Shown piece after piece: positions 48,125 through 56,587 of a stretch of 64,000 nucleotides of DNA. The position numbers and the translations under genes are program-made. The stretch spans positions 161,499-225,498 of the forward strand of contig JANRKO010000039.1 of assembly GCA_033763455.1 (NCBI GenBank). Direction: 5' to 3'. The DNA is from Polyangiaceae bacterium. Its GTDB lineage: Bacteria > Myxococcota_A > Polyangia > Polyangiales > Polyangiaceae. Each line of letters begins with the position of its first letter. Position 1 is the first letter of the stretch. The notes beneath the pieces were generated by a model. That model searched no databases. It was not told the DNA's origin and was given only the letters and a program-made list of their open reading frames with translations.

Positions 48125-49075
48125 TCAGTAAGAACGCCTCACCGTTACCTGCGCTAGCGGGTAGTATTTTGAATACGCCGCCAGTGCCGCCTCTGCTGCG
48201 TCGGCCGACCCTTGCCTGCCGGCTACGAAGACCCCGCTCATCCCGTGGCTCGCCAGATTGAGGAGCCCGCCGTTGCCATGCTTAGCAGAGGAATTTTCAA
48301 GTTCAAAGGCGACCACAGGAATCGCTGTTGCTTCTTCCGGCGTGATACCTGGTACTGCCGCCTTCGGCGACATCGTCCCCACCGCCTCGACGAAAGACGC
48401 GAGACCCTTCGGCATTGGGAGAAACCAGACCTGATCGATCTTGCTCTGAGTGGGAGCACGCGAAATTGGGAACAAGCCCCGCGCGTCATCGTGCACAACA
48501 AACCCGGCTCGCTCACCTATCTCCCTTAGGTTTGCCCTCGTGCGGCGCGCCCAATCAGCTTCGCCCCCGCTACCCTTTGGAAGTTGCTGTTTCAACTCAG
48601 TAAGAGCCACTGATAGCTCGATTCGAGCAAGCTCTGGCGCCCAGCGGGCATCGAGAACCATGATCCGAGTCGCTCCAAAGTAGGCTTCCTGAGACTGGTG
48701 CAATCTGAGCCCGCGCTCGTAAAGATTGTCAACGCTTCCGCCTCGGGGAGCGAGCACGCCGAACCAAGCCCCGGAGACTCGTAGGTTCGCCAGATCCGCT
48801 TGCATTCCCTTCGTCGAAGCGTCGGAACCTTCGACTTCGAATGCCATGACGGGCAACGTTTCGCCATAAAGGCGAGGAGTAGCTCCCACCTCGTTGAGAG
48901 CTGCTAGCTGCGACGCCGTCAGCCTCATTGTCCAAAGGATATCAAGGCGAGGCGCGTAGATACGCGCGGGTTGCACGCCTTTCGTGGAAACGACCACCTC
49001 GCGGAGTGCGGAAAAGCCCATTCCCTGGGCCATTTTCAGGAAAAGATCATGAACTTCGTCGGTGGATCCTTTCAC
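48125..49075 (-). CDS. Protein with two tandem PD-(D/E)XK-like (restriction-endonuclease fold) domains
   Basis: Internal duplication: GMGF..RLDILW..PVMAFEVEGS..K..LANL versus RAGF..KIDQVW..PVVAFELENS..K..LLNL. Confidence 0.6.
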   Translation of the reverse strand: MKGSTDEVHDLFLKMAQGMGFSALREVVVSTKGVQPARIYAPRLDILWTMRLTASQLAALNEVGATPRLYGETLPVMAFEVEGSDASTKGMQADLANLRVSGAWFGVLAPRGGSVDNLYERGLRLHQSQEAYFGATRIMVLDARWAPELARIELSVALTELKQQLPKGSGGEADWARRTRANLREIGERAGFVVHDDARGLFPISRAPTQSKIDQVWFLPMPKGLASFVEAVGTMSPKAAVPGITPEEATAIPVVAFELENSSAKHGNGGLLNLASHGMSGVFVAGRQGSADAAEAALAAYSKYYPLAQVTVRRSY

Positions 49076-49083
49076 GTTCAGTT

Positions 49084-50277
49084 CTACCGATCACCATCAA
49101 TGTAAATATCCCGCGTTTTCTTCTCGCCACGCTGAGTTCTTGCGAGCACACTCTCCAATGGGCGGCGAGGTTCGCCGTTCCGGCCATAGTACGCGATTCC
49201 TGAAGCGGCCGAAGTCACGTCAGGGAGATCCTTCATGATGCCTGACCAGCCGAGTGCCCAGATGTTGGCTGAATCGGTTTGGTGGGGGTGCTGGAGCACG
49301 ACTGTCGGTCTGAATTGTCGCGCGAGCTTGCGCATCAAGTCACAACGTTGGCGACGCTCGCCTCCCGGTTTTTGTCGAGAGTGACTCCTGGGGCTCCACA
49401 TGTTGAGATCGTGACAGCCGAGAACGAGGACCCGTTCACCACCTATCTCGAGCAGGTGGCTTCGCACGTCCGCGACGTGGAGCAACGTGTCTTCTTGGTC
49501 CGAAATAGGGTAAGATTTTCCCGTCCAGCGGAGCAGCCTGCCTGTAGACACATCGAAGACAGCGACAAGCTCGGCGTGATGATCGTCTAAACGGCCGTCC
49601 TCACCGAGATCCAAGCCAAGAGTGATAAACTGAACGCGGCCGCGTGCAGTACTCAGCACCCGCGAGGAAACGACCTCCTTTGCGTGTTCAGTTGCTACCC
49701 CCAACACCTTTGCGAGATCCTTCTCCGTGGAGTTCCAGCCCAATTGACCCCGAAAATTCCTCGGGAAAGGCTGCTGCGCAAATCCTCCCGGCGTAAGAAG
49801 GAACTTGGCTCCAAGATTAGCAGGCAATTTCTTCACGGCATCCAAGAGCAGGCGTTCCGCGTTCTTAAGGCTGGCCGGCGGACACCCGTTCACCACGGCG
49901 CGAACAATTACTGGTGCATCGCTCCGCGACGCATCAGGTTTTGATGGCCGTGGCACGGACGCGCGCTTCTGCGTCTGCGGGAGCACGCTGCTTTCTCGCG
50001 CCTGAGATTTTCCTGGTCCCGCGATTTCAAATCCCAGGCGTCGTAACGGCTCATTTGTCTGCGCACCGCCGTAAAACTCTGAGGTGCTAAAGGCCCTGCC
50101 AGTTGCACATTCGACGGCAAGCGAAAGGAGGTACTTCGGTGGATACGTTCTCCCTGCATGGACCACCGAGTACTTGGTCGAGCTATGAGTTTCGGGAAAG
50201 CCTTCTCGCTGGATTCGCTGGATCGCCTCCAGAACATTCTGTCGGGTCACGAGCTGAATTGGGTTTGTTTGCGTCAT
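49084..50277 (-). CDS. McrA/McrB-type N-terminal head domain fused to a divergent carbon-nitrogen hydrolase (nitrilase-like) domain
   Basis: N-terminus VTRQNVLEAI..STKY..GRTYPPKY..FYGG..N..LRRLGFEI; C-terminus FLLTPGGF, TGKSYP, VLVLGCHDL. Confidence 0.6.
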   Translation of the reverse strand: MTQTNPIQLVTRQNVLEAIQRIQREGFPETHSSTKYSVVHAGRTYPPKYLLSLAVECATGRAFSTSEFYGGAQTNEPLRRLGFEIAGPGKSQARESSVLPQTQKRASVPRPSKPDASRSDAPVIVRAVVNGCPPASLKNAERLLLDAVKKLPANLGAKFLLTPGGFAQQPFPRNFRGQLGWNSTEKDLAKVLGVATEHAKEVVSSRVLSTARGRVQFITLGLDLGEDGRLDDHHAELVAVFDVSTGRLLRWTGKSYPISDQEDTLLHVADVRSHLLEIGGERVLVLGCHDLNMWSPRSHSRQKPGGERRQRCDLMRKLARQFRPTVVLQHPHQTDSANIWALGWSGIMKDLPDVTSAASGIAYYGRNGEPRRPLESVLARTQRGEKKTRDIYIDGDR

Positions 50278-51581
50278 AGCTTTCCCTTGTCCTTTTCGGA
50301 CCGTCCCACTTCGCGCAAGAACATCTGAAATTGAACTAGCTGCGCCCTTTGAGCCTCAGATGGAGAGTCTGCGTCGAAGTGCATCAGGTCGTTGCGGGTC
50401 TGCCGGGCAATGTGAAATCGCTTCATGAACTCAGCTCGATCAACGTGAAGGTCCAGACGGCCCCAGTTCTGCGGATTCTCTAACAGCCGCCCTAACTCCC
50501 CCAGGTTGAGATCAGCGACGTTCTTGACTTCCCTCGGATCGTGCTCGAGCTTGAATGCCTCAAGTTCACGCCGAGTGAAGTTGCCGCGCTCTGTGAGCAT
50601 GCGGAGTTGCCTCTCAATTTCTCCGAGAACGATAAACGGGCCCGCATGGTCATGCAGGAACTGCCCAAGAACCGCTCGCGTTATGATGCCCGTAATGAGG
50701 TTTTCCCCATCCTTCACAACGACATATCCCGATGAAACCACCTCAGGAATAATGTCAAAAAAGGAATCGTTGGTGCTTACCGTGGGCGCATTCCGTTGCA
50801 TCACGTCTCTCACTCGAGAATCCAGAGTGCCCTTTTCCAGCGCTAAATACTTCGCAATGTCGGACCAGCGCAGAACTCCATCAAGCGAGCGAGGGTTTCT
50901 GAACACCAGAAGGTGCGAGATCTGACTGGCCATCATCCGCGTCACGGCGACGCGAAGGAGGTCGTCAGGGGCCGCGCTCACAAGATCTTTGATGCGGGCC
51001 TCCGGAAGTGACCCCACTCTGGGCGTTGCATCCCCTGGAGAATCCATCTTTGCGGGAGGCTCTTCGCTTTGCTCCGAGCTACCAGGGGCGGAAGCGGTTT
51101 CCGGTTGGGTATCAGGCGTACGGGGGACCCGCCCCAACGTCACAGCTGCGTCCATGGACACTGCCATGAAGTCCGGTGTCGTTTCGAGATCAAAGCCTGT
51201 GAGGGCGCCACGGATCCTTTCCACCGTCGCCTCTGTTCTGCGCTCAACACCGAACCAGCGAAGGAGTTGACGCACCGCAACCTCAACAGGGGTCCCGTCC
51301 CGATCAATGGCCGCGCTGGCCTCCTTAAGCTTGGCAACGTGGAGCGGCGTATCTGTATCCGCTACGAAATGAAGCTCCTCGTCGACATCAGCATTCTCAA
51401 AGTCAGGCAACGTACGAAGGCCGTGTTTGGCCAGCCTTGATCGCATGTTCTCAACGATATTCGCGCCGCGCCTTCGAGATCCGAATCGTTCCAGGAGGTC
51501 GCGCGCACTCATGCGTTCAGGTTTCCCCTGCCTCACCCTGGCCGCTACCATCTCTAACCAGCTATCAACCGCCCTTGGCAT
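50274..51581 (-). CDS. Duplicated N-terminal domain + CBS pair + HEPN (Swt1-like) protein
   Basis: Two copies of R.LL..FG..RR....V..(M/I)R..L....L.T.PDF; CBS pair (AVTRMMASQISHLLV, GIITRA); HEPN EIERQLR, LGEL and RNDLMH (RxxxxH). Confidence 0.75.
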   Translation of the reverse strand: MPRAVDSWLEMVAARVRQGKPERMSARDLLERFGSRRRGANIVENMRSRLAKHGLRTLPDFENADVDEELHFVADTDTPLHVAKLKEASAAIDRDGTPVEVAVRQLLRWFGVERRTEATVERIRGALTGFDLETTPDFMAVSMDAAVTLGRVPRTPDTQPETASAPGSSEQSEEPPAKMDSPGDATPRVGSLPEARIKDLVSAAPDDLLRVAVTRMMASQISHLLVFRNPRSLDGVLRWSDIAKYLALEKGTLDSRVRDVMQRNAPTVSTNDSFFDIIPEVVSSGYVVVKDGENLITGIITRAVLGQFLHDHAGPFIVLGEIERQLRMLTERGNFTRRELEAFKLEHDPREVKNVADLNLGELGRLLENPQNWGRLDLHVDRAEFMKRFHIARQTRNDLMHFDADSPSEAQRAQLVQFQMFLREVGRSEKDKGKL

Positions 51582-51803
51582 CCTTGATCCGCCTCTCGCC
51601 TGACCGTTCCGATGTTAGCCCGGTCGCAAGTCCCGAATAGTGCTACCGAAACTTGGGGCTAGTCAAGCCGCTAAGAGCCTTCTGCCCGTGGATCTAGCGC
51701 GAGAGCTGATTATCAATTCCCAGGGGGTGGTGAGGTGCGCCGACGATGAGCCGGGCCTAGAGTCGGGGTTGCCGGACTGAAGCGCAGTGGGGCGATGCCA
51801 TTT

Positions 51804-51928
51804 GGTGCCCCCTCTCCTCCGGCCTCCGGCGCGCTGAAAAATGTTGAGCGGGGAACGGCACCTCGCGCGCCTGCGGGCGGCCGGTCTCGCCCCTTTTCCG
51901 TGCGAGTTTGGCTCGGACGGATGGGGGG
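51804..51928. repeat. ~130-bp structured island repeat, copy 4 (most diverged)
   Basis: ggtgccccctctcctccggcctccggcgcgctgaaaaatgttg...cctgcgggcggccggtctcgccccttttccgtgcgagtttggctcggacggatggggg. Confidence 0.92.
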
Positions 51929-52168
51929 GATGATTACCTCAAACTCTAGCGCCCGCCTCGCTGCTAGTGCGGCGGTGTGATCAAACTTTCCTGAGCCGCG
52001 AGGTTTCTTTCGGCCTTAAATCTGACTAGGTGTCGAGCGTCCAAGCGTCCAAGCACGGCGTATCGATGGCCTTTGCCAGAAGTGCAAGGAACCGGAAAGG
52101 GTGCCGGGCGCTTCGCTTCGATTCTACGCCCAACCTGTCGAAGTACCGACCTCAAGGACCTGACGAAG

Positions 52169-52651
52169 CTATCGCCGTTCCAAGAGTGTGGGCCTAGACG
52201 AGCCGCGCTCAACACACCACACGCAGAGCGACTGCGTACCCAGGATGACGAACAGCAGGAAAGATTGCTCATAGCGAGCTTTGCGCGCGACACGACGCCA
52301 GTCATCGATGTCTTGCCGCGAGGGCGACGGATGGGGCTCAGGATGAGAGTGCCACTCTCCGAGATAGATTCGAGTTCCTTGACTATCGATCCACGCTTGA
52401 TGCACACGCGCCTGCGCGCCCGTGCGGCTTCTTAAGAATCGGTATCTACTTCGAAGGTCATTGCTGCATGGCGTTGTTACTTGATCAATGACGACGTCGC
52501 CGGTCGCGAGGATGATCCTCCCGAGCAGCACTCCGCCAGCTTCGAACGCACCTGTATCCAACTGCCGATACCCGAGCAAGGTGTCGACGCTCTCCTCACC
52601 GAAGGCGACGAGACGATCGCCACCAAGCCTAAAGACTTCAGGCGCGCTCAT
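52169..52651 (-). CDS. cap3: CBASS Cap3 JAB/MPN isopeptidase
   Basis: EAGGVLLG, YLGEWHSHPE..PS..D. Confidence 0.92.
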   Translation of the reverse strand: MSAPEVFRLGGDRLVAFGEESVDTLLGYRQLDTGAFEAGGVLLGRIILATGDVVIDQVTTPCSNDLRSRYRFLRSRTGAQARVHQAWIDSQGTRIYLGEWHSHPEPHPSPSRQDIDDWRRVARKARYEQSFLLFVILGTQSLCVWCVERGSSRPTLLERR

Positions 52652-54344
52652 CTTTGCATCCCGGACACCCAGGGCGCGCGAAACGAGTTGTGGATTGTCT
52701 TTCGCCGGGCTTGAAGCCGCTGGCGCGCGCGCTCACCTTGAACCCGCGGCCGAGGAAGTCCTCCAGGTCCTCCATCCAGCTTGTAAGCGTGTTCGAGCTG
52801 TTACCCGCAAGTACTCGAAGAGCGGCGCGTTGCGCCTCGCAAGCAGCGCGAGTCGCGTCCGCCGCGCCGTACGGGGTGAAAGTACCTGCGCAGCCCGCCA
52901 ATGACTTATCGAACACTTGCCGGTCCGCCGCAAAGAGCGCCTCGTTCGTGAACACGTCATCATGGCTTCGACCAAAAAGACAATAGTAGCAACCGTGAGC
53001 CTTTGGAGCTGGAACCTCCAAAACATGGCCACCCAGTCCGTACGCCTCGAGCCACACATGTACTCGCGGCAAGTCCCGGGGCAGCGCCTTCGTCAGGTCG
53101 AGTTCTAGCGTTTCGTCCCCTACGGCGATGATGATTAGGTCTGAGCCAGTGATTGCTTCTGGGGTTCTTTCCAGTACGCTTTCGATGGGCTCCCGGATGG
53201 GTTCGACAATCGCGTGGGGGAAGTGTTCCCCGAGCATGAGCTGCAGCGCTTCGACCTTTGACCTGCCAACGAACCGGATCCCAGCTGCGTGCCGGTGGAC
53301 GTTTGCCTCTTCAAGCAGCTCTGGATCGATCAACCGAACGCGGCCAACCCCAGACGCTAGCAATTGGAATGCACACGCACTACCCACAGCACCGCACCCA
53401 ACAAGAGTAACCGTTTTTTTGGCAAGGTCGGTAGGCAAGCCAACGCGCGCCAATAGAAAGTCCGCGTCCAGTCGCCTAACCGCGAACCCGCGTGCAGGTC
53501 CGTGCCCTTGCAGAACTCTAGCAATCAGCTGCGATGGACGCCTCCGCATCGCGGGAATGGGACGGAGTGGGAACTCGAGGCCGACGACAATACGTGACTC
53601 ACCGGATGTGTCGGGCATAGACAGTAGCACATTCAAACTCTTTGCCTGAGCCTTGACCAAGTAGGAATTGAACACGCTTGCATCAGGTGCACGACATCGA
53701 ATCTTACGGATGAATTCCCCCACGCGCATCGGATCATCGAACTCCGGCGCTGGCAGGGCCTGCTCAAGTCGAACAAAGAGCGCCCGTTCGCAGTGCACTC
53801 CCCTGACGCCGACACGACCAGCCCACTCGCGAAACTGGCGAGGGTCGTCGGCGACGACCGCTTCAAGAGTTCCGAATCGCGCACGCGACTCCAAGGTGCG
53901 CCAAATCACTTCACGGCTTGGGCCTGCAGCGTTGCAGATGCTGCCCACATCCCCTCCCTGGCGCGGCCAATAGGCCTGGAACTCCCGCTGCAGCTCGACG
54001 TCGGCACTATCAGTGAGACCATCAGCGAGTACGCGCTTCGACCGCTCCACCGCGGCTCGGACGATCTCGCCCGGGCGTTCAATGTCGAGTCGTACACCGC
54101 TCGGAGCCAAGCAGATTTTTCCGTCGCGTCCCACATGTGGAACACGACGGGGAAGCGCGTCGCGCGTCACGCGTACGATCGGCAGCGCGGCCGGAAAACG
54201 CTTCGGCAACTCGAGCGTTGCGGGTACTATCGTACCGCCCAGTGGAAAGCTGCCTGTCCAACTCCGCTCGCCCGTGCGCGTAAACCCAAATTCCGCGCAG
54301 GCTTGTGCTGCCTCGTCCAGGGCTTGCGCAACTAGCAGCGTCAC
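52638..54344 (-). CDS. cap2: CBASS Cap2 E2-E1 (ThiF) fusion
   Basis: E2: FP..LP, PHVGRDGKICL; E1: VGCGAVGS, LIDPELL..NVHRH, GCYYC, GCAGTFTPY. Confidence 0.9.
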   Translation of the reverse strand: MTLLVAQALDEAAQACAEFGFTRTGERSWTGSFPLGGTIVPATLELPKRFPAALPIVRVTRDALPRRVPHVGRDGKICLAPSGVRLDIERPGEIVRAAVERSKRVLADGLTDSADVELQREFQAYWPRQGGDVGSICNAAGPSREVIWRTLESRARFGTLEAVVADDPRQFREWAGRVGVRGVHCERALFVRLEQALPAPEFDDPMRVGEFIRKIRCRAPDASVFNSYLVKAQAKSLNVLLSMPDTSGESRIVVGLEFPLRPIPAMRRRPSQLIARVLQGHGPARGFAVRRLDADFLLARVGLPTDLAKKTVTLVGCGAVGSACAFQLLASGVGRVRLIDPELLEEANVHRHAAGIRFVGRSKVEALQLMLGEHFPHAIVEPIREPIESVLERTPEAITGSDLIIIAVGDETLELDLTKALPRDLPRVHVWLEAYGLGGHVLEVPAPKAHGCYYCLFGRSHDDVFTNEALFAADRQVFDKSLAGCAGTFTPYGAADATRAACEAQRAALRVLAGNSSNTLTSWMEDLEDFLGRGFKVSARASGFKPGERQSTTRFARPGCPGCKDERA

Positions 54345-55330
54345 GCAGACGAACTCGACGTGACAATCGCGGGCGCGCGAGTCTTGCTTGCCGTGTCCTT
54401 GGGGTCAGGCACTGTGAAGGTGTCACCCAACTGTCGCTGGATAACGCTGCACGCCTTGACGGGATCGGGCTCGTTCGCGGCCGACGATAAAGCGTCGGCA
54501 AGCAGCGCGAACCGTCGTTTTAGCGCGTTCATTTCGTCATCGCTCAGCTTGGCAAACATATCTTCGAATTCTGGAGTCGGCTTCTTGGCGACGAGGCGTC
54601 CGATCGCATTCGCGGCGGCCGTCGCGACCTGTCGCAACGCTTCAAGATCGTCGGACGTGTGGTGCCAGCTCTTCACCGGCGCGGTGAGAGAATCAATGGT
54701 GAGCAAGGTGTACGCGAGACCTGAAGGCTTTGCGCTGCCGTCAGTCGGCATCCACACGTCGTCCCACCGCTTGAGATATCGAATAACTCGGCGGAGTTGG
54801 TCGATGCCAATGGCGTCCTCAGTGCCTTTGAAGCGATCCTTCGCCTCGCCAACGTACGCCATAAGCTTCTTCACATCTGCGGCAACCCAGCGGTCCTCGT
54901 TGTGAGCCAGGCGTGAATGCTCACGACCATTCTCGTCCGCCCAGGTCGCATAGATCACTAGGTCGAGATGGTAGCCCTTCGCGTAAGAAACGCGGATGCA
55001 CGGCCCCTTGCTCACAACATTAGCGGTATGCGATTTAATCGCGTCCCAAACCCAGCGCCTTACCTCGGCGGCGGTGAACTCGCTCTCGCTAAACCTGAAA
55101 TGCAGTCCGACATCCATATCGTAGACCTGCTCGCCAGTGGGTTTTACACCGGTCTTCATAGCGTACGATCCCTGGAGCTTCGCGTCGAACCCAGGGCGAC
55201 TGTCTTGTTTCAGTTTTTCGCGAATCTTCTCGAGGATGATTTCTCGCTTCTCACGAAGCTCCTGCTCGAGCTCGTAGTCAAACCGGATGTCAGCGTGAAA
55301 CTTTTCAAAGTATCGTTGAATGTCAGCCAT
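54341..55330 (-). CDS. CBASS cGAS/DncV-like nucleotidyltransferase (CD-NTase)
   Basis: LQGSYAMKT, YDMD, HLDLVIY, IRYLKRW; disordered tail ending SSSSA. Confidence 0.92.
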   Translation of the reverse strand: MADIQRYFEKFHADIRFDYELEQELREKREIILEKIREKLKQDSRPGFDAKLQGSYAMKTGVKPTGEQVYDMDVGLHFRFSESEFTAAEVRRWVWDAIKSHTANVVSKGPCIRVSYAKGYHLDLVIYATWADENGREHSRLAHNEDRWVAADVKKLMAYVGEAKDRFKGTEDAIGIDQLRRVIRYLKRWDDVWMPTDGSAKPSGLAYTLLTIDSLTAPVKSWHHTSDDLEALRQVATAAANAIGRLVAKKPTPEFEDMFAKLSDDEMNALKRRFALLADALSSAANEPDPVKACSVIQRQLGDTFTVPDPKDTASKTRAPAIVTSSSSA

Positions 55331-56351
55331 TGTTTACTCCTATCTCGAGAAGCGCGGCCACCTGGCCACGCGTGGAATTGTCCGTGCCTGCCGCTGTTCC
55401 GATTTGCTTCAACGTGGCCGTCGCCGATTGGTTTACGATGTCGAGCCCAAGGCCGGCGCGACCCGGGAGTTCGACGCGAAGGTAATGTTTCCGTCTGTCT
55501 GCGCTGGAGAACAAGCACTGCAGGGCGCAGTGGTGCAGGCCGACGCCGGAGGCGACAAAGAGATCCGAAAGCGGCAGCGCCCACCCGAAAGCACCGCGAC
55601 GCGATCGCCACCCTGTTTTCAGCGCGGACTTGGGGACATTCTCCGTCCTCAGAACACGCGGTGGTGATATCGAGAAAATGCGCAGATTGGTGGGGTCGAC
55701 GTCCAGGTATTCGAGCGCCTCGGTGTAAGCAAGCAGTGCGGGATTATTTGCGCACACACCGCCGTCGACAAACGTCTCAATCGCGCCCGTTGTCGGATTC
55801 TCTAGCGAAACAGTGGGGAAGAAGATAGGCGCGGAAGCTGTCGCCAGCGCGACGTCCCGGACGAAGTAATCGCCATGTGCGGTGAGCTTGGAAGGATGGT
55901 GATCCGTCTTGAAGAGTCGCGGCTTCCCGGTTGTGAGGCAAAGGGCAGGAACAACAACGGCGCGCCCGCGAGAAGAGATGTCTTTCAAACGTAAATCGCG
56001 GAACGCTTCCGCGAGAGCAACCTTGAGTGGCCCGTTACTCCATTTTGCGGTGAAGAGCGAGCGGATGGTCCGCGAGGTTCTCGACAGCCAACCGAGCGGC
56101 TGCGGAAACACTGACGCGCCCAGTTTTTCATACAGCTCAACGACTTCGGCCGCTGTCATGCCGCTCGCGAGCGCAAGGGCAATTATCCCTCCTGTGCTCG
56201 TCCCGCAGAAAAGGTGGAACTGATCGCTGGCCTTGAAACCCAGGTGGCGCTCGAGCTCGGCCAGGAAGGTTGCTGCCCCCAAACCCAGATACCCGCCCCC
56301 GTCAAGGCAGAGCGCTCGGGTAGTGTGGCACTCATGCTGAACGGATAGCAT
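55323..56351 (-). CDS. capV: CBASS patatin-like phospholipase effector
   Basis: LDGGG, GTSTGG, SAPIFF, VDGGVCANNP. Confidence 0.92.
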   Translation of the reverse strand: MLSVQHECHTTRALCLDGGGYLGLGAATFLAELERHLGFKASDQFHLFCGTSTGGIIALALASGMTAAEVVELYEKLGASVFPQPLGWLSRTSRTIRSLFTAKWSNGPLKVALAEAFRDLRLKDISSRGRAVVVPALCLTTGKPRLFKTDHHPSKLTAHGDYFVRDVALATASAPIFFPTVSLENPTTGAIETFVDGGVCANNPALLAYTEALEYLDVDPTNLRIFSISPPRVLRTENVPKSALKTGWRSRRGAFGWALPLSDLFVASGVGLHHCALQCLFSSADRRKHYLRVELPGRAGLGLDIVNQSATATLKQIGTAAGTDNSTRGQVAALLEIGVNNG

Positions 56352-56587
56352 CCGTGTACTATTGCCCCGCCTGAGCGTCCGTCAAGTGATCGCTGAAGAA
56401 TGTTTTGTAAGTGACAGAAATAATTAAGTATTATCCCCAGCCACATTCGTGGACACTTGAGCACGGGTAAACGGACGATCAGCTCGCAGCTGCCAAACTC
56501 TACGCCTGCCCATGAGGGCGTGTCGATCATCGCTGACAGTGCTACTCGTGAACACGAATGCCTGTAGCCCGCTGTTGCTCACACGTT

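Noticed and set aside
42025..51928. 130-bp repeats as classical integron attC sites
   Set aside because: No RYYYAAC...GTTRRRY ends, two hairpins rather than one, multi-gene intervals, and no intI in the window. Kept only as an analogy.
56391..56404. gctgaagaatgtt upstream of capV as a fifth island repeat
   Set aside because: Only about 13 nt match the loop region; neither hairpin is present.
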